Below, in pieces: positions 1 to 12,740 of a DNA stretch of 64,000 nucleotides. The position numbers were made by a program, and so were the translations under genes. Source of the DNA: Rhynchobatus australiae (Eukaryota); the NCBI GenBank assembly GCA_034780895.1, contig JAUZTB010000064.1:118757014-118821013 (forward strand). The letters run 5' to 3'. Positions within the stretch are counted from its first letter, which is position 1, and every line of letters begins with the position of its first letter. Below the pieces are notes generated by a model, which saw nothing but the letters and a program-made list of their open reading frames with translations, had not been told where the DNA came from and ran no database searches.

Positions 1-393
1 ATTTTAACTTGACATCAGTGCATCAGCAAGAACCAAGGAGATGAGCTAAGGGCTTCCAGTAATCCAGCAGTCCCTTGCACTTTGCTAAGTTGACTTAAAG
101 GGACTTAGTCAGGAAAGTCATATAGTCAGTGGGAGAAGTTAGTGTGCCTAGAAGCAAGAAAACCCAAGGCACGGCTGTAGCTTAAATAAAATTTAAAATA
201 AGATGTACCCTAGTCCCTTCAGGTCAGGGTACAAATTATACCACTGGCCTCCACTTTAGAATATTGATTAGGAACCCATTGGCCTGCAGTAGCACCTTCC
301 TTCCAACCTGAATTGGCAGAGAAGACAGACGCAGGCTCAACGGGCATTGGGAATACAGAGCGCATCAACACAGTTTCAACATCCCAATATACA

Positions 394-730
394 CAGAGTC
401 AAACACCACGGAAACCTGCCCTTTGGCCTACTGAGTACTCCAACCATCAAGCGCCCTTTTACACTGATCTCATCTTATTCTCCCTACATTCCTGTCAACT
501 CCCCTCTGATTCTACTATTCACCTGCACACTAGGGACAATTTACAGTAGCCAATTAACCTACCTGCCCACATGTTTTTGGGATCTGGGAGGAAACTTGTA
601 GTTTTTCTATGTTTCTATGAAACCCCAAGGGGAACTCATGGGGTCACAGTGAGAACATGCAAACCCCATACAAACAGCACTGGAAGTCACCATTGGCTCT
701 GTAGCTATATTAGCTGTGGCAGTATGTCAC
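394..730 (-). mobile_element. HE1/V-SINE, degraded
   Basis: Reverse complement of the V-SINE body (ggacaatttacagtagccaattaacctacc...ggaggaaac...gtcacagtgagaacatgcaaac) with a CR1-type tail; homologous to copies at 53251, 56477 and 58047. Confidence 0.8.
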
Positions 731-959
731 ACATACCTTGTAGGCCAGTTAGAATGCTCATCAAATCAAATCCTGTCAACCCCCTCGGTTGCATTGTGAA
801 TTAAACCTTTGGACTGTAATGCGCATTCAATAAAAGTCAACCTCAGGAATTTCCACCTTTCTGCAACTGCCAAGAACAATTGAGTGCCACACTGGCTCAG
901 GAGGTAGAGCTGCTGCCTCAGACAAATAGTTGCAAGGGCCATGACGAGGCAAGTTAAGA

Positions 960-1058
960 GATCATGAGTGCATCTTTATCGGATAAGAAGTCCATTCAAG
1001 AGTCTTATACCAGCAGGATAGAAGCTGTCCTTGAGCCTGGTGGTACTTGTTCTTAAGC
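960..1058 (-). mobile_element. Rex1/Babar LINE, C-terminal ORF fragment running into a gap
   Basis: Translation LRTSTTRLKDSFYPAGIRLLN resembles the Rex1 ORF end (TTRLxNSFFPxAIRLLN). Confidence 0.75.
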
Positions 1059-4000
1059 NNNNNNNNNNNNNNNNNNNNNNNNNNNNNNNNNNNNNNNNNN
1101 NNNNNNNNNNNNNNNNNNNNNNNNNNNNNNNNNNNNNNNNNNNNNNNNNNNNNNNNNNNNNNNNNNNNNNNNNNNNNNNNNNNNNNNNNNNNNNNNNNNN
1201 NNNNNNNNNNNNNNNNNNNNNNNNNNNNNNNNNNNNNNNNNNNNNNNNNNNNNNNNNNNCCAACAGTACTGAGCCTACAGCAGCTTAAACAAAGCCTTTT
1301 GCAGAATTCCCACAAGCCAGACTGGAAATGCTGGGCAAAAGCCTGTGCTACTTAACTTTGTGGAGGTAAAGTGAAGGAATATTCCTCCTAGCCCACTGTA
1401 GATTCTGCCCTTTTTGATCATTGATGCTTCCTGTACCTCTTTTTGAGTACAGTCCATCCCCGGGTAATGAACAGGTTCCGTTTTTACAGACGTCCAAGAG
1501 TCGATTTTGTCCATAAGTCAGAAATTACACAAAAGTCACTCTATGGTAACCATAGCTCCAGAGAATTGTAATGAATGGCATCAGACTGATAAGAAAGATC
1601 AAGAGAGAAGAAACTAGTTCTGTCATTCGTGGAAACGAACATATAAACTAACGTTGGACTTTTGAATTTATTTACATTATGGGAGCTTGCTTGTGTGTAG
1701 AACTGTCCATAAATTGGGCGTTTGTAAGCCAAGGACAGCCATTATACATCCAGCGCACACCCAAGAAGGAGTCATGTGATTTCCCTTTGCCCAACCATTG
1801 ATCTGCCTGGCAGTCCGCATTTAGCACTGGAAGCTTGACCATCATATCGAAGGTTTGAGAATAATTTGGGCCATGTTTTGACTTAATGTCGGAGCAGACT
1901 CAAGGGGCTAAATGGCCTCCTCCTTCTAATTCTGATGTTTTAATGTTATTCAGCACAAGTAAGGATCAAATGCACCTTTCAGGTCTTGTGCCTATTACTT
2001 TATTTTTAAAAAATGAGATATCATTCATTGCAAGCCACATCGTAGCCACTTGAAAGTGATTGATTAAGTGAAGCTAACTGATGGCAGAATCTAAGTCACA
2101 ATCCTTAGCCAGTACATCATCCCTTACCCCACCTCCCCCTTCCCCTCTAATACACCATTTCACATTGAATTCTGGGGAAATTTGATAACAAAAAGGAAAA
2201 GAAATAGTTGTAGACTATTAACATTAAAGTATATATCCCATTATTCCTGTGTTAAAAGAACTAAGATATCAGAGGGAGTTGAAGCCTTAATGCAGTGATA
2301 ACAAAAACATATCAGCATTGGCTCTACTATTTGTCTTAAGAATTTTGCTTTCAGTACCTAATCTCTGAAGGAATGACCCAAAAATAGTGCCCTGCCACCT
2401 GTGAGCTTAATTCACTTAAGGAAAGATCCCTCAGTAAGACATTGTGCTGGCTTTAATAGGTAACCTGCCTGGTTTCAACTGAATAATAATTACTATACAC
2501 TGTGCACGTGTGTTTCCAAGCCATCAGCAATTGGTTCAAAAGCCAGTCAATTTATTTCAGGCTGTCCAGTTTGTGTCCATGCTGTGATGTGAATTCTAAA
2601 TTCATATCTTTGTTTAAAGCAAAAGGGAGAGACTCTTCATCTCCAATGAGAATTAAACCCTGATGTATATGTGTTTACGGTGCACCTAATTCAAACTGAT
2701 GTCCTCCTTCGCTCAATCCAAATTGAACAAATCCCCAGCATTATGCATACAAGGATACATAAAATATATATGTTTGATTAATTTCAACACACTTTAAAAG
2801 TATCAAATGAATATGCAGTATTTTCCACAGCAGAACCTTGCTTTGTTTCTGTGGTTTAGTCAAGTGTCTCTAAAGATTGTGCTTTACTGTGTTAGAGACA
2901 ACAGCTGCAGGCTTGCTTGCACTGCTGGAGACCATATAGGAATGAATCATTTGAAGGAGTAGTATCCCTATACGGCAATTGACTTGTCAGTTTATCAAAT
3001 TCAACCCCAGCCAATAAGCAGTGTGTGTGAAAACATGTAAGATGGTCTGTGTGTTGCAGTTGTCTTTAAAACAGGGGTGTGCTTATTAACACCCAAGTGT
3101 TGCTGTGTTAATAAAGTGTAAATCTGTCGCAGTCATGGTCAAGTAATTTCAAAAGTTAGACCAGAGACAGTAGCGAGGGAAATGTTGAAGGTTCTCCACC
3201 AAAGGTGAGATTAAAAGAAGGCTAGCATTGTGTCTTTAGGTGAATTTTTAAATTCTGATAGGCAAGATTATATCTCTTTTTGAAGTTGGAGTTTCAAGGG
3301 CTCCTTGTTGTTTTATTGTGGAGTAAATGAAGGAGACAAAATACTGGTAAAATTGAAAATAACTGATAGAGGTTGAACATATTTTGTCTTCCACTTTTTT
3401 ATATAAATTGTATATTCATTCTATTTCTGAGTGTGTGATGCAATCGGTTCGCAAACTGTTCCTGTTGTTTACTTTAAATGAGAAACAAGGTATGAATGAG
3501 GTGGGTTGGCCTTCACTTCCGTTTGGGAATTTATCATTGAAGGAATAACCACAGAGCATCTACCTTCAGTGATTGACATGCTTTATATCTTACCTTGGAA
3601 TGTACCCACCTGCTGTACCTGCAGTGCTTCCTCGGCTTTACCAGCCTAGATTCACATACCCACTGCAGTGGGCGTTCCTTGATTACACTACAATACTCCC
3701 CCACCACCACCACACAACCCCACTTGACATTTCTAGGCAACTTTGCCACAGAATGGCATCTCTGAGTGAAGATTTTATTTGCATAAAAGGTTACAACTCA
3801 AGAATGTTCACTTTTTTCAATTCCTTTTGAATAGACAAGGGTTGAAGTACAGGCTTTGACTGACAGTCTCTGAAGAAACATTGTCCATAACTAAATACCT
3901 GGGGGGAGAGGGGTCCCAAAGTACAGAGGGTGCTAGCGTCTGTATGTAGTGCACTAAAATAATTATTGAGCTAATATTGCCCTAAAAGAGGCAAGGAGAT

Positions 4001-6324
4001 TGTGAAGGAGATTGCAATTAATCCACACTGGTTGAGGGGAATCCAGCCACCATATAAATTTTGTACAGCCCGCTCACAGAAATGATTTCTGTATGCAGCC
4101 GTCTCTCCAGCTGTGCGCTGGCTGTACACATCAGCAGGAGGCACCGTCTCCTAGATGCACCTGCACTGCTAAAAGCTACACTGCATCTCTTAAAAGGGTT
4201 GGGTATCAGAACAGGTGCTGGAAGTCATTCTGTCTGAATCTGGTCTGGGAAAGAAAGAGGGTTGGTTGACAATGAGGGAGAGTGGATTACTAGCTTTCAG
4301 AAACAGCGCTGGAGGGATCGACAATGGAGATGCAAAAGAGAGTGATCCTCTGCTTACAAAGGGGCAGGAGACCTGACACCCAATGACAAGGCAGTGGGTA
4401 AAGATATGTTAATGATATTGCCAGGTGTATAGCTACTTCTTCCTGGTAACAGGGAGAGAATTGGTTATCTCAGAATAGAGAGCATCAGTGACATCCATTA
4501 TTCAGCAATCCACCGCAACAGCATGATGTTGCCAATATCTCCTGTAGAAGCTTATAATGAGCCAGCCACAGGTAACTTCATAACCACATGGAACTTCCCT
4601 GCTGTTGCCCTCCTCTGCAGTTGAGGTTGTGGCTGCAGCACTCGGCAGATTTCAGTGATGGTCTCTTTTGTAAAGTGCATCACTGAACCTCATTGCTTGA
4701 AGAATATCTTGGGCAAATGTGGCCTCCTGTTGAAAGCCCGACTTCCTGCTCTTTCTTTTAACTGCTTGTCCCACCTTAGCACCCTCTGTTCATTCTCCCG
4801 GTCAAGCTCCATTCCTCCGAGTGAACCCATACCCTGAAACAAGAGCAAGAAAATACTTCAGCGGCAACCAAATCACTTGCTGACAACTGCTGATTTAATC
4901 ACTTGCAGCAAGTGCCTAAAGTAGAATTGCAGCAGCAGCCAGAAGAAATAAGCCAACAGATACATTCTAAGTAATTGAGGCATCTTTAAATACTCTGGGA
5001 AGAGTGATCTTCCTCATGCTGCTTGAATTTGCGTTCCTATTCTGTGTGCTTCTGATGGACATTTGTTAAGGGTGGGCTAATCCCTTTAAGATATTCTGGA
5101 TCAGTATTGGGTATGGGCCACTGATGCCATTTTGAAACTTAGAGGGCTCTTGCAGTGCCCAGAAAAGAAACATCATCTGATACAGTCTCCTTCCTCTGAA
5201 CCCAAATTAATGCAGACATTAAATACAGTGAAGAACAGCGTAACAATGTTGGAATTATTTTGCCACACCTTATGAAATTTGCATAGTGAGTGTATTTAAA
5301 TGACACAAAGAAATACCAGTTAAAATGAGAGCTGACAGCAAAGCTGCTATGTTATTGGCTGCCGTTTGTGACAGCTCTTACTTAGGGCCAGCTCAAGTGT
5401 GGCGTATCTGGCTTTTCAAAGGAAATGGTAATACTTCAAAAGGCATTTGCAGTAAATAACATTCCTGTTGGATAGGCAAGGCTGACTTTTTCTCCGCTTT
5501 AAAGAAGACAAATGAGTGAGTCATATGGTACTCTGAAGCTGTTTTTCAGATAAGCATATTGTTTCTTCCCAGAGGCAATTCAGAAGTACATGGTACAAAT
5601 GAGCAGCTTCCTTGTGTTTTAGATCGGCAGCAGATACAAGTGTCATAATGGGTTCAACAATTATTTGAATACCCCGCACATAATCAGTAATATCAGTGAC
5701 AGCATCAACAAATTAAAGGGTTACTTCCCACTACCGTTGCATCCTTTGTTTCTTGTGCTCGAGGCTTCCAGATGCTTTCCATGTGCTGAGATCGNNNNNN
5801 NNNNNNNNNNNNNNNNNNNNNNNNNNNNNNNNNNNNNNNNNNNNNNNNNNNNNNNNNNNNNNNNNNNNNNNNNNNNNNNNNNNNNNNNNNNNNNCAGATG
5901 CTTTCCATGTGCTGGTAATGTCACCCACTCAGTAAAACGAAGATTACTCAAACAAATTTGTCTTCTACTTTTAAGCTGACAAACTGTATAAGTAGTAACA
6001 CTGCTTCCCAATTTAAGGGGGAGCCTCATTTCACATTTTGCAGACTGATTATTTTTAGACATAACAGAATTGAAACTCATTAAAGGAACATTGTTGGGAA
6101 TTTCTGGATTGCGGAGAGAATTCTAAGATGTAAGCAAACTGATTGCTTAGTTGCAGTGTTTATTTTTTGTTGAATGTTGAGTTTCTTCTTTCTTTGTGTT
6201 TCACGTATTGTGGATAAAGTTAGAGCCCATTTAGAAATCCTTAAGGCCCCTGCTAAAAAAATGGACAATGGGGTCCTTGGAATATTTGCACTCTGAATTA
6301 CAAATAAAGAACCACATACTGAGT

Positions 6325-6682
6325 ACTGAAAGGTCTGAATAAAGTGGATGTGAAGAGGATGTTTCCATTAGTAGGAGAGTCTAGAATCTGAGGGCACAGC
6401 CTCAGAATAAAGGGATGTCCCTTTAAAACTGAGATGAGAAGGAATGTCTTCAACCAGATGGTGGTGAATTTGTGAAATTCATTGCCACAGAGGACTGTGG
6501 AGGCCATGTCATTGGGTTTATTTAAGGCAGAGATTGATAAGTTCTTGATTGGTAAAGGAGTTAAGGGTTACAGGGAGAAGGTGGGACAATGGGGTTGAAA
6601 ATCTATCAGCCATGATTGAATGGCAGAGCAGACTCGATGTGCCGAATGGCCCAATTCTGCTCCTATATCTTATGCTCTTATA
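6325..6682 (+). mobile_element. CR1-clade LINE 3' fragment
   Basis: Typical CR1 end (gtggatgtgaagaggatgtttcca...gggcacagcctcagaataaaggg...gtggtgaatttgtg) and tail gccgaatggcccaattctgctcctatatcttatg. Confidence 0.85.
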
Positions 6683-6894
6683 TCAAATTAAACTGTGCTT
6701 GAATATCTGTACTCGACTCTCCTATGTTGGGTCCATTACAGATGTTAGCTGCCTTAAAACAAATGACCACCTGAGCTCTATGAAGTAATGGCTACTTTTT
6801 GAAACTTTCACACAAGCCCCATCCCAGTTTGTTCTCTTTAAAGAGAAAGATCTACATTTATACACTACCTTCCTTTCAGAGCACCGCACTACTT

Positions 6895-7002
6895 ACTTAT
6901 TTTTGTAATTTATAGATTTTATGTCTTTGCAATGTACTGCTGCTGCAAAACAACAAATTTCACGTCATATGTCAGTGATAATAAATCTGATTCTGATTCT
7001 GA
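6895..7002 (+). mobile_element. LINE 3' UTR/tail (Rex1/Babar-like) ending in (ATTCTG)n
   Basis: tgtactgctgctgcaaaacaacaaatttcacgtcatatgtcagtgataataaatctgattctgattctga: AATAAA followed by a short tandem tail. The family assignment is from memory. Confidence 0.6.
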
Positions 7003-7011
7003 GAAAGAAGA

Positions 7012-7270
7012 ACAGCCAATGAAGTACTTCTGAAATGAAGTTACTGCTTTGGCATGGAAATACTGCAGACAATTTGTGTACCGAAAGTCTCTACAAACTG
7101 TAACATAATAATGTAAAATGGTCAATTTAGTAATCTTGGTTGAGGAATAAATACTGCCCAGGACACCAAAGACAATCAACTTTTTATCTTGAAAGTGGTG
7201 CTATCCCAGAATCTAGGAGATCATTAGTGGCCTCTGGTCTGATCCAAAAGATAGCAGCATTCAAAATGTT
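7012..7270 (-). mobile_element. Deu-domain SINE (SacSINE1/AmnSINE-like), degraded
   Basis: cagccaatgaagtacttctgaaatgaagt...ttggttgaggaataaatactgcccaggacacc is the reverse complement of the Deu core seen at 30920-31170. Confidence 0.7.
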
Positions 7271-8854
7271 TATTTCCTTTCACCTGGCAACTCTTAGTAG
7301 CAAAGGTATTCAGAGTCTTGAATAAGCAAGAATTCTCTCCACACATCCAAGACTCCATTGCAACAAGTCTTGAGGCCATTGCTCTGTAGACAAGCCAATA
7401 TGGGGTTGAAATGGGAGTCTACCGTTGGGATGTTGCAAAATTCAATAGACGAAGCTGTCAGTGAGCCACTTGCTTGGTACTGCACTGGAGTGTCATCTTT
7501 CTGTACTTGGAGTCACTGGAGTTGAATTGGAACATGGAACTAGTGAGGCAGAGGCAAGGGTTGACTGAGCCCAATTCTGTTGTCTTGAATTTTGTCTGGC
7601 AATCATACTTAATTTCCAATGGTCTCTGGTGGAACTTCTGATGGAGTGTTATTAGTGACAGCACCTGATTAGATACCTGTGAATTTTATTGCACATGGCT
7701 AGCATCTGCCCAATCACAGATGATGTATCAATATGCTGCCAGCTTGAGGAAGCAAAGCCGCAGGATGACTATTGCTGGACAAACTCTGTCCCATTATTGC
7801 AGTGGAAGCTCTGTTCTGTGAAAAGGGTTTTTGCTTATTAAAGATTCTTCCTACTTTTGCTTCTAAGATTCTCACATCAAAACAAACAAATGCTTTGAAT
7901 CATGTGAGCTGTAATGGCAAGTCTCAGTATCTGTGCTATAATAAATCTGCTACTTCAGCCTTCCCTTCTACTGGCTATCTTTAAATGTTGGAATATTCGA
8001 ATCCAGTGTCTGCTTGTCATTACTCTGAGATATGGTGATTTTTTGCAGGTTGCACATATTTGCATGGAGTTCCTGGTGCAGCCCATCACACTGCTAACTT
8101 TGATCCTCTCTACAACAATTTAAGAGCAATGATGTTGAGTTTCTCTCCACTTTTTGTTTTTCTCTGCTTCTTTCTTCTCTTGTGCAGATAATTTCCCTTT
8201 GGCTGCATATGATACAAAGATTATGGGACAAAGATATGGGACAAAGATGTGACAGTACCTCAAGGGTTATTTCATTTCCAAAGAAGAGGCAGTCTCATAC
8301 CTTAGGAGAAAGCAGTGGTGGGACAAAAAGAGAGAAGTGAAGAACAGGGCACACTGCATAGAGATGCCTCATATTAGATGGCGGGAAGCACTGTGGCTCT
8401 TTAAAGGACGGTGAGAAGCTTAATGGAGAGTGTTGCTTGAATATACTGGCAGCTAAGTATGAAGTTAAGCAGACCCAAAGCAAGTCACATCTTTGCCTCA
8501 GGAAATAGGGTGGGGGTGGAGGGGAATAGAAGGCATGTATGTGTTTGTGTGCATGTGTGTGCGTATGTGTCTGCACTTAACGTGATGGGAGGGGATGTAA
8601 TCAAATAAAATGTTACTGTTCCTTGTTTCGGGATTCACATCGCCAGCAGNNNNNNNNNNNNNNNNNNNNNNNNNNNNNNNNNNNNNNNNNNNNNNNNNNN
8701 NNNNNNNNNNNNNNNNNNNNNNNNNNNNNNNNNNNNNNNNNNNNNNNNNAAAATGTTACTGTTCCTTGTTGCGGGATTCACATCGCCAGCAGCTGGAACC
8801 CCCCCCCCCCCCCCATCTCCTAAGTACTAGTGTATTCACTGCCAGTCATGGGCC

Positions 8855-9120
8855 TTTGGACCTTTGTTTGCTGATTGTTCAAAGGCCTGATTGATGGTGC
8901 AGGCCACCATGGTGGCTCTGCAGCAAAATCAATTAGCACACAAATACGACAAAAAGCAAGGCAGCCTGCTGCAGATCTGAAGCTGGGCGAAATCTTAACA
9001 GGAAAGATTGCAGTAATATCACCAAACTTTGAAGCCTTTGAAGTAGCAGAAGCCCACTGCTGTAACCGAGCCACACAAAGTGAAATCATAATGCTTTCCT
9101 TATTCAGGTTCAATACAATT
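8855..9120. promoter_or_regulatory. Candidate intronic enhancer (TCF/LEF + PBX-HOX motif cluster)
   Basis: TTCAAAGG 8878-8885, TGATTGAT 8888-8895, CTTTGAAG at 9027 and 9036, in apparently non-repetitive sequence. Motif evidence only. Confidence 0.3.
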
Positions 9121-11789
9121 GTCACATCCCCCTGGCCCAAGACAACAGGTCAAATACTGGCTATAACACCTCATGACCACATCACATATTAAGCTGAGAT
9201 ACTCACCTTTAATTTCTCACTGCAGTATTGTGGAAGTTTCAGACATTGCTACCAGAAATGTGAAGGTCCTTTATCTTTTGCACTTTTAGACCACGTAAAC
9301 CAAAAGGCTTCAGATTCAGTTTCCGATCTATCTAGCTCATCTGAGCTGTGTACGTGGTCAGGGGCATATGCATGTGGTGGATCACCAGGGATATGGGTTC
9401 CCCAGAACCCCTCTTCTTCGAGTGAACATTAAACTTCTGCACATTTGCGTGCAATGTGTCTGTTTAAACTGGACCTTCAAAAGTTTGTCAGGTTTAAATT
9501 TCTGCACATGTTCTGTGTGAGGTGATGATAAGATGACTTCAGGTGTGAAGTCAGATGGTTCCCTGACCACTGTTGGGGCTGGCCCCAAAGATTTCAGGTG
9601 CGTCTTTTAAGTGAGTGAGAAACACAGCTGCTGCTGCAGAACTGAGACCTGGATGATTTTAACTCCAAAGCCTAATTATTAACAAGCCACTGGTGTACTT
9701 CCCACCAAGAATGGGCCATGTGGGTAGCCAAAGGCCCTGGAAGGGGAAGCAACAATGGAAGGATTTCTTTTCCCGACTTTGGAGTAACCTGCTCCTGTTC
9801 CAGTTTCTCTCCCACACCACCACCCAACCCCCACCCCCAAAATTCCCCTTGGTATTTGGAAGACCTTCCTCAGGAAAACATTAGAAAGAAATAACTTCTA
9901 CGTTTACAAAGCTTGGTAGAATTATGATAATGTTCACCAAAATTTCTCTCTTAATTAGTCTACCTCTTTTCATTCCTCGTCCCTTGGTAAGCAGCAGTAC
10001 ACTTGTGCTTCACCTTCCCTTTTGTGTTTTGGCAGTGTTTATGAACTGGCTATTTGACTGGGGAAGCTATCGCAGCCAATCTCAGTCTCAGCCTCCACCT
10101 CCCATGCAATTCCTTTCCGTTAGTGTTGCTTTCATTCCCTTTAGAGAGGGCACTGAGATCCATCGCAGTACATTAGCTCTCTGATTGCTGACATCAGTTA
10201 GCTAAGCATTGACCAGGGTTCGAATGTGGGACCATGTTGGTCAAGTTTTTATTGATGTATTAGATTCATGAATTTTCAAATGCATTTCGGAGAACTGCTT
10301 CCACACTGGCCATGTTCATTATTCCCACCTCCTCCCCCCTTCTCATAATGGGCATTTCTTTGCTCAGACATATGGAGTCACTTACTTTAGCTGAATAGGG
10401 GAGAAATTCTAGTTTTCATGCATAAATATAAATTTAGGCTATTTATTCCTGCTTTCAACATTAGTCAGAATGAATTATTTTGGAAAGTGTGACCAGGGGG
10501 GGTATTTGTGGATTTTCAGGGACACCTTTGACAGGTGCATTCCGTGTGCTGTGCTGCTGAAGGATTGCACAGGGAGTGAAGCACAGCCCACTGACAATGG
10601 CACAACTCTGCAGTCAATTTGGGGATTGATCCAGCCTTGTCCTCAGTCAATCCAGGAACAATTAAGCCTTGGGGCTTCCATGTGACACTCAGCTGGGATC
10701 AGAATTTTGGTTTTGCCTTTTCAACTGGAATTATTTTTCCCCTTTCCCCTTTCCCCTTAAGCTATTAGAGCACACATGGGACTTTGCAGTAATTGCCTCC
10801 TCACATTGAACTGCTGTTACCTTTATTGGATTGGAGTTCAATTTCAGCAATCGTGTTTACCATGCAGTCTGCGAAACCATTGGAAACACTGTGTGTTTAA
10901 ACAACCTCCAATTAGCAAAGGAAACAAGACCAATCTGACTCAGATTAATGTAAGCAACATCTTTTGCATGCAGCCCATTCATAAACATTTGGATGTGCGA
11001 GACCAAGCCCGTAGCATGCATCTCCTGAAACAGGCTTGACCCACTGCCTGCCCTCAGTAATGGAAGGGGAGGCTTGCATTGTCATTGAGCTTGGACACAT
11101 ACAGAGCTCATTATATCTCATTACATTAGTATTACAAGGACTCAGACTGATTCCCGAGGCGTGTGCTCCCACCAGGTCCTTTCTAACCCTTTGTGTGCTG
11201 CATACATTGCATTACCAGTGAACACAAAGGTAAAAGACTGATTGTGAGCATCATCAGCAGCTCTTTGATCCCTGTGTTGGGTCAATATTTTATTTATTCT
11301 TTTTGAGTTGAATTTCAGCAAAAAATATTTCAGAAAAAGCAATATGTTTGAGCATGCTGGATACAAACACATTCCATTTACCTTTTCAACCACAAGGCTT
11401 GCACCTCCAGCATACTTGTCATACAGTCATTTTAGGATCAAAATAAAGAAAATTTGAATATTAAACTATTGAGTAAAAGGCAGTTTTATGGTCAAAGTTA
11501 ATCCACTTGTCCCAGTGCAGTAATTCCAGTCACTGATGTTCATTTAATTCTTTTTGTGTATTGGTTTTAATTTTTCTTTTCTTTGTGATGATCTCTTTGT
11601 TTTTTTTATCCCCTCTGATTGTTTCCTGCCTTGGCTGAGGGAACATGCAGAATACTCTGACCAGTGTCTCTTCATTTACAGCTAGCAAGTGCTTGGGAGC
11701 TCATTGTCAGGAATCACTGCGTCAGCTTGTAATCCAGACCAACAAATGGGTGACACCACGTACTGTGTCACCTTGCTTGTGTTCATTTT

Positions 11790-12095
11790 AACTTTCGTTA
11801 GGTTGGGGCATTTGGTGCATTCGGTGTTCACAATGTGGTCTCCTCTACGTTGGAAAAACAATCACAGATTGGGTGACCACCTTGTGGAGCACCGGTGTTC
11901 AGTCCTCAGGACTGGGTCCTCAGTCCTCAGTGCCCTGAGCTTCCTGTTGCCTACCACTTTAATTCTCCAATCCATTCTCACTCTGACCTATCAGTCTGTG
12001 GCCTCCTGTACAGTCACAGTGAGGAACAGCACCTCACATTGCATCTGGACACATTGCAGCGTTCTGGATTTAATATTGAATTCTACGACTTAAAG
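11790..12095 (+). mobile_element. Penelope-like element, GIY-YIG endonuclease remnant (frameshifted)
   Basis: Across frames: WCIRCSQCGLLYVGKT / RLGDHLVEHRCSV / PELPVAYHFNSPIHSHSDLSVCGLL / EQHLTLHLDTLQRSGFNIEF, i.e. the CxxC-YIG, RxxEH, VAxHF and GxN motifs of the PLE endonuclease. Confidence 0.85.
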
Positions 12096-12484
12096 AAACT
12101 TGATTTCTGTCTGTATCAGTCATCATGTGATATTGGCTCAGCTTGTTTGTTGTTATTTTTCCCCCTTTTTTCCCCTGTGGGAGTGGAGAACATGCCTACA
12201 TTCTTTGGGCTATGTTCTTTTATCTATTTTCTCACTCTCTGACTGCTCCCATTCACTGATTAAGCAGATAACCTTGCGTATCCCATGGTGACCCCACCTT
12301 TTACTCTGTCAGAGATATCCCCACCCCTCCCATTCTCCCTACAGTTTAACAAGCTTCTTTTGTCTGTTGCCACAGTCTTCCAACTCCACCCTCACTACCT
12401 CCCCTACCTGGCCCTACCTGCCTGTCATCTTACACTCCTCCTCAGTCCACCCATCACTTTGGAATCCTTTCTTGCCTTTCCACT

Positions 12485-12740
12485 CTCAGTCCTTGATGCA
12501 GGGTTTCGACCCGAAATGCCAACGATTCCTTTCCTCTCACAGGTGCTGCTCGAACTGCTGAGCTCCTCTTGCAGATTTTTTGTTGTTCCAGATTCCAGCA
12601 TCTGCAGTCTGTTGTGTCTCCTTTTGCCTCCTTCTGATGAAGTGAACCTTGTTTCTCTTCCCACAGATGCTGCCTGACTTACTGAATATTTCCAGCAGTT
12701 TCTGTTGTTATTTTAGATTTCCAACATCTGCAGTTTTGTT
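12485..12740 (+). mobile_element. Two tandem Penelope terminal-repeat (pLTR) segments with decayed hammerhead motif
   Basis: cagtccttgatgcagggtttcgacccgaaa...ctgctgagctcctc...gattccagcatctgcagtc, then ttctgatgaa...cacagatgctgcctgac...tttccaacatctgcagt. Lies downstream of the GIY-YIG remnant and a pyrimidine-rich UTR. Confidence 0.75.

Noticed and set aside
2824-2903. Two short hairpins followed by ACA (H/ACA-like)
   Set aside because: Stems are only 6-9 bp, the unit is too short, and no ANANNA hinge is present.
9521-9645. Possible C/D box snoRNA (GTGATGA ... CTGA)
   Set aside because: No terminal stem and no recognisable rRNA-antisense element.
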